64,000 bases of DNA. Source: Minisyncoccota bacterium. Its GTDB lineage: Bacteria > Patescibacteriota > Minisyncoccia > Minisyncoccales > CG1-02-41-26. The notes beneath the pieces were generated by a model. That model saw nothing but the letters and a program-made list of their open reading frames with translations, was not told the origin of the DNA and ran no database searches. The stretch is taken from the NCBI GenBank assembly GCA_028718785.1, contig JAQULB010000002.1, positions 20,750-84,749 on the forward strand, written 5' to 3'. Both the position numbers and the translations under genes were made by a program. This document shows positions 51,483 through 60,778 of the stretch, in pieces. Position 1 is the stretch's first letter, and each line of letters begins with the position of its first letter.

Positions 51483-52868
51483 ATGTATATAGAGATTTCA
51501 TCTAAAAAAATTCAAAATAAAATCAAAAGTTTTCTTGCAACATTAAAGGGTTTAAAAATAAGTTTTCCAAAAATAAAAATAAAAGGCATAGCTAAAACAA
51601 AAATCAGTTTTGTTTTTTTGGTTTTAGCTATTTTTTTGGTTTTTGCTCTTGGTTTTTGGGGCGGGGATTTTTTTGCCAAACAGGCCAAAGGAGAATTAAG
51701 CGGACTTTTTGGCCAGGTTAAAGAATTTGTTTTAAATAAAGGATTTAATCAAGCTCCAATACTTCCCCCTATTCCCCTTGAAGAATACAAGCCCCAAACA
51801 TCTCAAGAAGAAGCAATTATAAATGTGGTAAAAAACGCTTCTCCTTCAGTTGTGAGCGTAATTATTAGTAAAGATATGCCAGTTTATGAGCAGTATGTGG
51901 AAACACAGCCCTTTTCTGATTTTTTTGGCGGGCAAATTCAAATCCAAGTTCCCAAAACCCGTCAAAAAGGCACGCAAAGACAAGTGATTGGCAGTGGAAG
52001 CGGGTTTATTGTTTCTTCTGATGGCACAATAATAACCAACAAGCATGTTGTTTCAGATCAAGACGCTTTCTATGAGGTGATTACATCAGAAGGAAAAAAA
52101 TATCCAGCTAAGGTTTTAGCTAAAGACCCCTTGCAGGATTTAGCGATTATGAAAATAACGCAAAAAGCCACTTCAAGCCCTGAGGTTTTTCCAGCTGTTA
52201 GTTTTGGCAACTCTGATTTGGCAATAGTGGGCCAAACTGCCATTGCCATTGGAAACGCTTTGGGAGAATTTAGCAATTCGGTTTCTGTGGGGGTGATTTC
52301 TGGGCTATCAAGAAGCATTACAGCTGAGGGCGGGGGAGTATCTGAGGATTTACAAGATATATTGCAAACTGACGCGGCTATTAACAAAGGAAATTCTGGA
52401 GGGCCTTTGTTAAATTTAAAAGGCGAGGTTATTGGAGTTAATGTGGCAGTGGCTGAAGGCGCTCAAAGCATTGGCTTTGCCATTCCAGTTAATAAAGCCA
52501 GAAGAGATATTCGCCAGTTAAGGGAGCAAGGCAAAATATCTTATCCGTTTTTGGGTATTAGATATGTTTTAATTAACTCCGACATTCAAGAAACAGAAAA
52601 ATTATCAGTTGATTATGGCGCTTTAGTTTCAAAAGGCGACACTGCCAATGAGCCAGCCATTGAGCCGGGCTCTTCTGCTCAAAAAGCTGGCTTAAAAGAA
52701 AACGATATTATTTTAGAGGTGGATGGGGTTAAAATTACCTCAAAAATTCCATTGGCTAATATTGTTCAAAACCAGCATATCCCGGGAGATAAAATTGTTT
52801 TAAAAGTTTTGCGAGGCGCAAAAGAAATGGAAATTACCGTAACTTTAGGTGAAAAATCCAGCGAATAG
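51483..52868 (+). CDS. HtrA/DegP-family serine protease with PDZ domain
   Basis: Catalytic triad context TNKHVV, DLAIMK, GNSGGPLLN. C-terminal PDZ (GLKENDIILEVDG). N-terminal TM anchor. Confidence 0.85.
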   Translation: MYIEISSKKIQNKIKSFLATLKGLKISFPKIKIKGIAKTKISFVFLVLAIFLVFALGFWGGDFFAKQAKGELSGLFGQVKEFVLNKGFNQAPILPPIPLEEYKPQTSQEEAIINVVKNASPSVVSVIISKDMPVYEQYVETQPFSDFFGGQIQIQVPKTRQKGTQRQVIGSGSGFIVSSDGTIITNKHVVSDQDAFYEVITSEGKKYPAKVLAKDPLQDLAIMKITQKATSSPEVFPAVSFGNSDLAIVGQTAIAIGNALGEFSNSVSVGVISGLSRSITAEGGGVSEDLQDILQTDAAINKGNSGGPLLNLKGEVIGVNVAVAEGAQSIGFAIPVNKARRDIRQLREQGKISYPFLGIRYVLINSDIQETEKLSVDYGALVSKGDTANEPAIEPGSSAQKAGLKENDIILEVDGVKITSKIPLANIVQNQHIPGDKIVLKVLRGAKEMEITVTLGEKSSE

Positions 52869-52882
52869 ATTAAGGAAATAAG

Positions 52883-52958
52883 AAAAGTGTACAAATCTGT
52901 GCCGACTCGCCTTGCTGGAGCCTTCGGCGTAGCGCAGGTCGGCTAACTTTTGACACGG
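52883..52958. repeat. long (nested) variant of the GTGTCAA..GCCGA|..|TCGGC..TTGACAC element
   Basis: aaaagtgtacaaatctgtgccga[ctcgccttgctggagccttcggcgtagcgcaggt]cggctaacttttgacacgg. The 34-nt core insertion is identical to that in the reverse complement of 62451-62526. Confidence 0.9.
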
Positions 52959-53009
52959 TTTATTTTCTCATTATTTTGTGGTATTGTTTGACAATAAGAG
53001 AGAAATCAT

Positions 53010-53186
53010 ATGAAAACAATTTTAATTGTGATTTTAGCGGGTTTAGTGATAATAGCAGGAGCGTTTTATTGGTATTCTTGGAGGCCGACACAGATTAGGC
53101 AGGAATGTGTAGACGCTACTCTTTCGGGGGTTGTAGTAGATGGAGCTTATGAGTTATGTTTATTAAGACACGGATTAGAAAAATAA
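53010..53186 (+). CDS. hypothetical 58-aa membrane-anchored peptide
   Basis: Hand-translated MKTILIVILAGLVIIAGAFYWYSWRPTQIRQECVDATL...; below the track cutoff. Confidence 0.35.
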   Translation: MKTILIVILAGLVIIAGAFYWYSWRPTQIRQECVDATLSGVVVDGAYELCLLRHGLEK

Positions 53187-53247
53187 TTTTTAAATTAGAA
53201 ATTAAGTCATTAAAAATTATTTAAAAATTAAAAATTATTTTACGAAG

Positions 53248-53325
53248 TTACCCCAGTTAAACAGCTCCTTGAGGTCGCGTTTAACGGGGTGTAAGTTCTC
53301 GTAAATTCGTTTCACTCATTAACGA
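53248..53325. repeat. compact copy of the ccccagttaaac...gtttaacgggg hairpin element (upstream of clpB)
   Basis: accccagttaaacagctccttgaggtcgcgtttaacggggtgtaagttctcgtaaattcg; an 11-bp stem with one bulge. Confidence 0.8.
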
Positions 53326-53333
53326 TAACTAAC

Positions 53334-56039
53334 ATGCCATTTATACAAGGGGGAGAATTTACATATAAGGCCCAAGAGGCAATGATGAAAGCTCAATCAT
53401 TCGCTCGGGAGCGGAATCAACAGCAGGTTGACGCCTTGCATCTTTTGCTTGCTTTGTTGATTCAAGAAGAAAGCGTGGTTGTTAGTTTGTTGCGAAGCTT
53501 GCAGCTTGACATTGATGATTTAAAACATAAAGTTGAAACCGCTTTAAACCAGTTAAAGCCAGTGGCGCCTGGGGGGCCAACCGTAATGGGCCAGTTTTAC
53601 TTAACGCAGGACTTGGCTATGGTGTTGGAAAAATCAAAAGAAGAAGCAATGGCAATGGGGGATGAGTTTATATCCATTGAGCATATGTTTTTAAGTATTC
53701 TTTCCAATCAAACCAGAGCTTTTGAAGTATTACAAACCGCTCATTTTACTTCTCAGCTAATATCGGCTCCGTTGGAAAGGGAAATTGTTTTAAAAAAATT
53801 AGCGGAAATTAGGGGTGGTGAAAGAATAAGCGACCCCAACCCAGAAAGCAAATTTGAAGTTATTAAAAAATATTCTCGCAATTTAACCGCTTTAGCCATT
53901 GAAGGAAAATTAGACCCAGTTATTGGTAGAGAGTCAGAAATAAGGCGGGTAATGCAGGTGTTGAGCCGTAGAACAAAAAATAATCCTGTTTTAGTTGGAG
54001 AGGCTGGAGTTGGCAAAACCGCGGTTGTTGAAGGCCTAGCTAAAAAAATTGTTTCTTTAGATGTGCCCGAAAGCTTAAAAGGCAAAGAGATTATTGCTTT
54101 GGATCTGGGCTCTTTAGTGGCAGGCACAAAATTTAGGGGCGAATTTGAAGCTCGGCTAAAGGCCTTTGTTAATGAAATTGAAAGAGCTCAAGACCACTAT
54201 ATTTTATTTATAGACGAGTTGCACACATTAGTGGGGGCTGGAGCGGCTGAGGGTTCAATTGACGCTTCCAATTTATTAAAACCCGCTTTAGCTCGGGGAG
54301 AACTGCGAGCCATTGGAGCCACCACCTTAAAAGAATATCAAAAATATATTGAAAAAGACCCGGCCTTAGAAAGAAGGTTTCAGCCAGTTTTGGTTGTTGA
54401 GCCATCAGTTGAGGACACCATTGCTATATTGAGAGGCATAAAAGAAAAATACGAACTGCACCATGGCGTTAAAATAAAAGATGCGGCTTTAAAAGCCGCC
54501 GCTGAGTTAAGCTCACGGTATATATCTGACAGGTTTTTGCCCGATAAAGCCGTGGATTTAATGGACGAGGCCGCTTCTTCTTTGCGTCTTGAAATTGAAT
54601 CTGAGCCAACCGAACTTGAGGACTTAAGAAATGAAATTACAAAACTGGAAATTGAAAAGCGGGTTTTAAGCAAAGAACAAGGCAATATCACTCGACTAAA
54701 AGCGGTTGAACGGAGTTTAGCTGATTTAAACGAAAAGGTTTCAGCTATAAAAATGAAATGGGCAGGAGAAAAAGCTATTATCACTGAAATAAAAGAGCTA
54801 AAAAAAGAAATGGACCAAGTTTCTTTTCAGGTGGAGGTGGCTCACCGAGAAACTGATTTGCAAAAAGTGGCTGAATTAAAATACGGAAAAATTCCTGAGC
54901 TAAAAAAGCGAATGACAGAAGCAGAAAAAAAACTGCAAAATATCCAGCAAAACAACTCTATTTTAAAAGAAGAAGTAACCGAAGAAGATGTGGCCATGGT
55001 GGTTTCTCGTTGGACAGGCATTCCAGTTAATCGTTTAATAGAGGCAGAAGCGCGTAAATTAGAAAAAATGGAGCAAGAATTAAAGAACAGAGTAATTGGC
55101 CAAGACGAGGCAATTATGGCTGTTTCAAACGCTATTAGGCGAGGCCGGTCAGGTATTGGAGATGAAAGCCGGCCAATGGGAGTGTTTATGTTTTTGGGGC
55201 CAACAGGCGTGGGAAAAACCGAAACCGCTCGAGCCTTAGCTGACTTTTTATTTAGCACAGAAAAATCGCTTATAACTGTTGATATGAGCGAGTATATGGA
55301 AAAATACAGCGTGTCTAAAATTTTGGGCAGTCCTCCCGGATATGTTGGTTATGAAGAAGGCGGGCAATTAACTGAAAAAGTAAGACGCAGGCCTTATAGC
55401 GTGATTTTGCTTGATGAAATTGAAAAAGCTCACCCAGAAGTTTTTAATATTTTGTTGCAAATTTTTGAAGAAGGCCGTTTAACTGACGCCAAGGGTCGGC
55501 CGGTTTCGTTTAGAAATTGCATAATTATAATGACCTCAAATGTGGGCAGTGATTTTATTGCTCAAATGAAACCAATTGGTTTTGAAATGCAAAAAGGCGA
55601 CAGCCCGGCCCAAAAGAAAGACAACATTCAAAAGAAAATTCAAGAGGCCTTAAAAGAGGCGTTTAAGCCCGAGTTTTTAAACCGAATTGATGAAATAATC
55701 ACTTTCAATTATTTGGGCGCCAAAGAAATAAGGCAAATTGTGGATTTAGAGCTAAATAAAGTGGAAAAAAGATTGGCAAAAGCTAAAAGTGTTAAATTAA
55801 AGTTTTCCAAGGCCTTGTGCGACGCTATGGCCCAAAAAGGATTTGACGCTGATTTGGGAGCAAGGCCTTTAAAAAGAATAATTCAAAAGTTAATTTTAGA
55901 TCCTTTGGCCTTAAAAATTATTATTGGGGAAATAAAAGAAAAAGACGCAGTATCAGCTGACTTTAAAAATAACGAAGTGGTTTTTGTTGTGTCTCATATA
56001 TCGCCCAAAAAACGAGAAAAAGCATCCATTGCCAAGTAA
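53334..56039 (+). CDS. clpB: ATP-dependent chaperone ClpB
   Basis: Clp N-domain, two AAA+ modules ([16 protein letters not shown]) and a long coiled-coil M-domain between them. Confidence 0.95.
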   Translation: MPFIQGGEFTYKAQEAMMKAQSFARERNQQQVDALHLLLALLIQEESVVVSLLRSLQLDIDDLKHKVETALNQLKPVAPGGPTVMGQFYLTQDLAMVLEKSKEEAMAMGDEFISIEHMFLSILSNQTRAFEVLQTAHFTSQLISAPLEREIVLKKLAEIRGGERISDPNPESKFEVIKKYSRNLTALAIEGKLDPVIGRESEIRRVMQVLSRRTKNNPVLVGEAGVGKTAVVEGLAKKIVSLDVPESLKGKEIIALDLGSLVAGTKFRGEFEARLKAFVNEIERAQDHYILFIDELHTLVGAGAAEGSIDASNLLKPALARGELRAIGATTLKEYQKYIEKDPALERRFQPVLVVEPSVEDTIAILRGIKEKYELHHGVKIKDAALKAAAELSSRYISDRFLPDKAVDLMDEAASSLRLEIESEPTELEDLRNEITKLEIEKRVLSKEQGNITRLKAVERSLADLNEKVSAIKMKWAGEKAIITEIKELKKEMDQVSFQVEVAHRETDLQKVAELKYGKIPELKKRMTEAEKKLQNIQQNNSILKEEVTEEDVAMVVSRWTGIPVNRLIEAEARKLEKMEQELKNRVIGQDEAIMAVSNAIRRGRSGIGDESRPMGVFMFLGPTGVGKTETARALADFLFSTEKSLITVDMSEYMEKYSVSKILGSPPGYVGYEEGGQLTEKVRRRPYSVILLDEIEKAHPEVFNILLQIFEEGRLTDAKGRPVSFRNCIIIMTSNVGSDFIAQMKPIGFEMQKGDSPAQKKDNIQKKIQEALKEAFKPEFLNRIDEIITFNYLGAKEIRQIVDLELNKVEKRLAKAKSVKLKFSKALCDAMAQKGFDADLGARPLKRIIQKLILDPLALKIIIGEIKEKDAVSADFKNNEVVFVVSHISPKKREKASIAK

Positions 56040-56065
56040 ATTTAAAAATTTAATTTAAGTTTTTA

Positions 56066-56098
56066 CCCTCCGCCTTAAGCGGAGGGTTTTGCTTTTTT
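56066..56098 (+). terminator. intrinsic terminator
   Basis: ccctccgc-cttaa-gcggaggg followed by ttttgctttttt. Confidence 0.75.
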
Positions 56099-56301
56099 AA
56101 ATTAAAATGTTAAATTGAAATTGGAAACGAAAAGTTTAAAAATTATCAACCCAAACAGAAAAGGAGTGGACAATGAGGGGAATGCTGCGGATTTATTCAT
56201 CTATTTATTCTTGGAAATACCCCGGAAAGAGGTGATCCAGCGTCTACCTGCATGCGGCTCCTTTTTTAAAGCAGGTTTTTATATTGAGTGATACGGGGTC
56301 A

Positions 56302-56366
56302 CTCCAAAAATGGCTTGAGTATTTAAGAAACTAATCGACCAGCTTAAATATTTCAAGCCATTTTTT
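56302..56366. terminator. long bidirectional terminator-like hairpin
   Basis: atggcttgagtatttaag...cttaaatatttcaagccat (about 17 bp) with an A-run before and tttttt after. Confidence 0.5.
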
Positions 56367-56773
56367 CTTGTAATTTTTATTAATTTTGCTATAGTTATAG
56401 TTGATAGGGCATTGCTTAAGGTTCATTTTACGATCCTTCGTTTATGAATTTTTGACTAATGCTTTATCCTCCGAAAAAAGAAAAAAAGTCCACCGTATGG
56501 TGGCGAAAGGAGGATAGAACTTTGAAAAAATTTTCTCGGAATTTTGGGCTTAGTAAGCCATTATGAAAGAATTCCGAACAAAACAGTTTTCCAACACAGG
56601 GTCAAAAGCGATGGCCCTGTTGTTTTTTTGTTTTTAAAAATAATAAAAAAGCCAAGTGTGGTTGTAAACTACGATGGTAATTTTTAAAATTTATTGGTAA
56701 AGTATTTAATAAGTCATTGGGTTTTTTATTGTCTTTGCGTCTGTATCGTTCTATAAAAAATAGGAGGAGAAAA

Positions 56774-57061
56774 ATGGCACAAGGCAAAAAGAGCTTTTTT
56801 GAGGAGATGATAGAAATTACAGAGGATGGTCTTCAAGATGTTCAAAACGCTAACGCCAATGCTGGGGTAATTATGGCTTTTGATGGAGATATTCATTTGG
56901 ACAATATGGCGGTATCTATGATGGGAAGATATCAGATTCCAGTAGAGGAAATGGCCATGTTCATTGTGGCAATGGGAGTTAAGATTTTTCAAGAAGCGAA
57001 AAGGGAAGTTTCTATTACTGTGGTGATGGAAACCCCCAAGATTGAGCAAAAGGTTGAGTAA
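56774..57061 (+). CDS. hypothetical 95-aa protein
   Basis: ATG 8 nt after TAGGAGGAG; the hairpin aaatgcctttcca...tggaagggcattt follows the stop. No motif recognised. Confidence 0.5.
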   Translation: MAQGKKSFFEEMIEITEDGLQDVQNANANAGVIMAFDGDIHLDNMAVSMMGRYQIPVEEMAMFIVAMGVKIFQEAKREVSITVVMETPKIEQKVE

Positions 57062-57213
57062 AATGTATATAATAAAAAATGCCTTTCCATATATATTGGA
57101 AGGGCATTTATATTATAGAAAGGCGATTGGGGCATTTGAAAGGGAATTTGAAGGGGTACTTGGAAGACATTTGGAAGGCATTTTATGTATACTTTATTTA
57201 TAGAAGTGAGTTT

Positions 57214-57259
57214 AAAAGCGTGTCAAAGTTGGCCGATCGGCACGGATTGACACACTTTT
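57214..57259. repeat. GTGTCAA..GCCGATCGGC..TTGACAC element, left flank of PaaX-like module 2
   Basis: aaaagcgtgtcaaagttggccgatcggcacggattgacacactttt, 42 nt upstream of the ATG. Confidence 0.9.
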
Positions 57260-57300
57260 AAGTTTAGTGATAAAGTAAAAAATAAATAGAGAATAGAAAT

Positions 57301-57903
57301 ATGAAGTATTCTTTCCAACAAAAGAAAAGGTCTGTCACTTATAAACTTTTCAGCAAAGGCATAGACGCAACAACCCATATTTTATTAGCCTTGTATGAAA
57401 ATACCCAGTTAGCTAGAGAAGGTTTTCTTAGAGGTTGCCCTCAATATTCTGGTTTTGGATTAGCAAGAGCGGTATTTGGGAAAGATAGTTATCCACAGCC
57501 CAAAAAAGAAGCAATCCGTACCGATCTTTCTCGTTTGCAAAAAGAAGGTTTGATAAAAAAAGACCCAAAACAAAAAATTTATTACTTAACTGATAAGGGA
57601 AAAGAACTTGTAAGCTACATCGAAAATCGTTTTTTAATTTTACAAGAACCTTGGGATAAAAAGTTTCGTGTTGTTATTTTTGATGTGCCAGAAAAGAAAA
57701 GATATTGGAGAGTTTTCTTAAAAAGAGAGTTAGAATTAATGCAATTTCAACAACTCCAAAAAAGTGTTTACATTGGCAAGTATCCTTTGCCAGCAAGCTT
57801 GATAAAAGAAATAGAGGCCGATAATATGGGGGAGTTTGTTTATATTTTTACAGCGGAGAATATTGACAGGCAAGATGAGATTTTAAAAATGCTAAATGAA
57901 TAG
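57301..57903 (+). CDS. PaaX-family protein: wHTH + Cas2-like central domain (paralog 2)
   Basis: LSRLQKEGLIKKD...LTDKGKE (wHTH), then PWDKKFRVVIFDVPEKKR...LQKSVYIGKYP. Homologous to 7761-8318. Confidence 0.7.
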   Translation: MKYSFQQKKRSVTYKLFSKGIDATTHILLALYENTQLAREGFLRGCPQYSGFGLARAVFGKDSYPQPKKEAIRTDLSRLQKEGLIKKDPKQKIYYLTDKGKELVSYIENRFLILQEPWDKKFRVVIFDVPEKKRYWRVFLKRELELMQFQQLQKSVYIGKYPLPASLIKEIEADNMGEFVYIFTAENIDRQDEILKMLNE

Positions 57904-57941
57904 TGTGTCAATCCGTGCCGATCGGCACGGATTGACACACT
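57902..57941. repeat. perfect 40-bp palindrome of the same family, right flank of PaaX-like module 2
   Basis: agtgtgtcaatccgtgccga|tcggcacggattgacacact; overlaps the stop codon. Confidence 0.95.
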
Positions 57942-58022
57942 ATTTAATAAAGAAATTAGCAACGGGGTTGACAAATAGATGTGGTTTTGATAGGTTTGCT
58001 GTAAGTAAATAAAATAATAAAT

Positions 58023-58295
58023 ATGGAACAAACAAGCCTAAGTTCAAGCGTTTCAACAAAGAAAAGTTCAAAAAAGTTGGCAATTTTTTTAATTTTGGGA
58101 GTGGTAATTCTGGCCGGTATAGCTGGAATTTTTTATTATAAATATAAAAGTAATGGAGTTTATGGTGAGCTTGCCGAACCACCGAAATTGTTTGAGAAAG
58201 GGGATTATAAGGTGGAAGACAGAGCTGATGGCCAGTATATTGTGGTGGATAAAGTGGGCCTAACCGCCAAGGTTCCAGATGGCTGGAGGGGTTGA
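58023..58295 (+). CDS. hypothetical membrane-anchored protein, possibly truncated
   Basis: N-terminal TM helix, then a short ectodomain ending ...KVPDGWRG-stop. Two hairpins follow immediately. Confidence 0.4.
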   Translation: MEQTSLSSSVSTKKSSKKLAIFLILGVVILAGIAGIFYYKYKSNGVYGELAEPPKLFEKGDYKVEDRADGQYIVVDKVGLTAKVPDGWRG

Positions 58296-58510
58296 AAGCA
58301 TATTATTCTTTCAACGGGAATTTTAGCCAAATGCTTTTGGCGTGAAAATTCACAGGGTCGTGCGGAATATAATATTTATTCTTTTTCCGCACGAGGAGTT
58401 TGAAAATACTTTTGGTCGTTGATTTTGAAAATAAGTCGTTTTATTATTTCCAAAAAAAGCGTCAGATAGATGGTGAATGTAGTTAAAAGTGTTTGGTTTA
58501 AAGATTGAGA

Positions 58511-58550
58511 GTTATCCACAGGTTGCGTAAGTTTTCTGTTTTGTTAAAAT
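58511..58550 (+). promoter_or_regulatory. DnaA-box + promoter module: gTTATCCACAgg TTGCGT-16-TAAAAT
   Basis: Same 16-mer and same box-to--35 spacing as upstream of nrdD. Confidence 0.5.
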
Positions 58551-58556
58551 TAAATA

Positions 58557-58740
58557 TAAAATACATACACTAACAATTCATTGTCTCACTGGCAAGCGAG
58601 ACAGCAGGGCGAACAATAAGCATCGGAAACACCTCAATAGCGGTGCACTCTGTGGGGGGAAACCCCACAGCTTGCCAAAATTTGTGGGGTTCGTGATTGA
58701 ATTCAGGAATCCTACAGAGTGTCCTGCTATTGGGGTTTTT
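58557..58740 (+). ncRNA. candidate ~180-nt structured RNA of unknown class
   Basis: Hairpin tgtctc/gagaca (58582-58603). Its loop tggcaagc is complementary to gcttgcca (58670-58677). Long composite stem caatagc+cactctgt / acagagtg+gctattg encloses ctgtgggg-ggaaa-ccccacag. Ends in ggggttttt. Confidence 0.4.
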
Positions 58741-58794
58741 AATTAAGTATACTTACAAAAAAAGTAATTACAGCGGGAGGTTGGTAATAGAAAT

Positions 58795-59002
58795 AATGAT
58801 AAAAAAATGTTCAGAATTAGAGAATCAACGATGCTTTCTAGTTGATGGTGGTAGAGTATGTAACCATAGAAAGCTAAAAGATGGACTATGTGCCATTTCC
58901 AATAAGATTGGGGGGTGGCTATTCATGAAGGACAAGGTTATAAAAAAAGATAAAACCCCAGGTCATATTGAGGTTTTATCAAATGTTAAGTCTAGCTCTT
59001 AA
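58795..59002 (+). CDS. hypothetical 68-aa Cys-containing protein (weak call)
   Basis: Internal ATG of the track ORF (MIKKCSELENQRCFLVDGGRVCNHRKLKDGLC...). No convincing RBS. Bounded by 15-bp inverted repeats at 58761 and 59041. Confidence 0.25.
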
Positions 59003-59334
59003 TAATTGTTAACCGAACCGCTGTAATTACTCATTAGGCACGCTGTAATTACTTTCTTTGTAAATATTTAACTTACTTTTATTTTCACAAAGATAGAAAC
59101 TTCTGTCAAACATCCCCAAGCTCTATTTCTGTGGATAACTTTTAATAAGAAAACACTACCATAGTGTTTCTTTTTTTACAAGAGTTTTGATAAATACTGT
59201 TTGTAATTATAATACGAACGATCAAGTCTCCCTATTGGAGAATAGTTTTTTTATTGATAATATGAAATTAATGAATAATTTAGAATTGACCATTAAGAGC
59301 TAACTAACTTTTTAAATAAAGTAAAAACAAAAAA

Positions 59335-60774
59335 ATGAGTAAGCTAACGAAAATTTCCAAAAATAAAATAAAAAATAATGGGCAAATTTATACCCCAGAT
59401 TTTATAGTAAATAATATCCTTGATATTGTCGGATATGATGGGAATAGTATTTTAGAGAAAGATATTATTGATAATAGTTGCGGAAACGGAGCTTTCTTAA
59501 TCGGAATAGTAAAAAGATATTGTGGGGCTTTCTATAAAAAATACGGTAAGTCCGATAATGAAAAACTAAAAAGCCACTTGGAGAAATATATTCATGGTGT
59601 TGAGGTGCAAAGCGAGGAAATTGGAGGCTGTGTCGCTAACTTAAATAATGAAGTTAAAAATTTTGGGTTATTAAACGTTAAATGGGATTTAATTTGCGCA
59701 GACGCATTATCGGTTGATAGTTATAACGGGAAAATGGATTTTGTAGTAGGAAATCCTCCTTATGTTAGAGTTCATAACCTAAATGAAAGCTATAATAAAG
59801 TGAAAGAATTTAAATTTTGCAAAAAAGGAATGATCGATTTGTATATAGTTTTCTTTGAAATAAGTTTAAAAATGCTCAATAAATCAGGAAAGATGTGTTT
59901 AATAACTCCCAGTTCATTTCTGAGAAGCAATGCTGGTGCAGAATTAAGGAAATATATATTTGAGAACAAAAATTTAACGAAAGTCATAGATTTGGAGCAT
60001 TTTCAACCATTTAATGCTACAACCTACACCATGATAACCCTTTTTGAAATGGGTAAAAAATGTAATCAAATAGAATACTATATATACGACGAGGATAAAA
60101 AAGAACCAAAAAAGATAGAGAGTTTAAACTATTCAGATATATTTATAGATGGAAAGATCTATTTTTCAAAAAATGAAAATTTGAAATTTTTAAGAGAAGT
60201 AGAGGTTTATAATACTAATAACAAAGCAGATTTTGATGTTAAGAATGGTTTTGCAACGCTGGCTGATAGTGTTTTTATTAACAAGTTAAACTTTGAGAAT
60301 AAAACCATTCCCGTATTAAAGGCCTCTACTGGTAAATGGTATAGCTGTTTTTTTCCATATGATGAGGCGGGAGAACCAATCAATTTTGATGAAATAAAGC
60401 AAAACTCACAGCTATATAACTATTTATTGGACAATAAGGCGATGTTAGAAGAAAGAAGTTTAGAAAAAAATAGTAGCTGGTTTTTATTTGGTAGAAGTCA
60501 GGGGATAAAAGATGTGTTTAAGAATAAAATAGCGATAAATACAATAATAAAAGATGTTGACAGTATAAGGATTGAAGAAGTTCCGTCTGGTAGTGGTATA
60601 TATAGTGGATTATATGTCTTATCAAATATGTCTTTTAACAAAGTAAAGGAGAGCGTTAAGAATAGTGATTTTATAAATTATATTAAATTATTAAAAAATT
60701 ATAAAAGTGGAGGATACTACACTTTTTCTTCTGGCGAATTAAAGAATTTTTTGAATTATAAAATAAAAAGATAA
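59335..60774 (+). CDS. N6-adenine DNA methyltransferase (gamma class, Eco57I/TaqI-like)
   Basis: GQIYTPDFIV (motif X), DNSCGNGAFL (motif I), VVGNPPYVRV (motif IV, NPPY), followed by a large C-terminal target-recognition region. Confidence 0.8.
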   Translation: MSKLTKISKNKIKNNGQIYTPDFIVNNILDIVGYDGNSILEKDIIDNSCGNGAFLIGIVKRYCGAFYKKYGKSDNEKLKSHLEKYIHGVEVQSEEIGGCVANLNNEVKNFGLLNVKWDLICADALSVDSYNGKMDFVVGNPPYVRVHNLNESYNKVKEFKFCKKGMIDLYIVFFEISLKMLNKSGKMCLITPSSFLRSNAGAELRKYIFENKNLTKVIDLEHFQPFNATTYTMITLFEMGKKCNQIEYYIYDEDKKEPKKIESLNYSDIFIDGKIYFSKNENLKFLREVEVYNTNNKADFDVKNGFATLADSVFINKLNFENKTIPVLKASTGKWYSCFFPYDEAGEPINFDEIKQNSQLYNYLLDNKAMLEERSLEKNSSWFLFGRSQGIKDVFKNKIAINTIIKDVDSIRIEEVPSGSGIYSGLYVLSNMSFNKVKESVKNSDFINYIKLLKNYKSGGYYTFSSGELKNFLNYKIKR

Positions 60775-60778
60775 TAAT

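Noticed and set aside
56225-56262. Sequence resembling the reverse complement of the 16S rRNA 3' end (agaggtgatccagc)
   Set aside because: Similarity is limited to about 13 nt of the anti-SD/helix-45 region, the flanks do not continue as 16S, and there is no rRNA operon context. Probably chance or a tiny relic.
58557-58740. Retron msr/msd, group II intron fragment or TnpB/IscB omega-RNA for the structured RNA candidate
   Set aside because: No reverse transcriptase, intron-encoded protein, TnpB/IscB or Cas gene lies within several kb, and no characteristic domain V/VI or a1/a2 repeats were recognised.
45829-59138. DnaA boxes (45829, 58512, 59130; also 2189) as a replication origin
   Set aside because: Only isolated boxes are present, each tied to a promoter-like hexamer pair. 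There is no cluster, no AT-rich unwinding element next to them and no dnaA/dnaN nearby. A regulatory-box interpretation is preferred.
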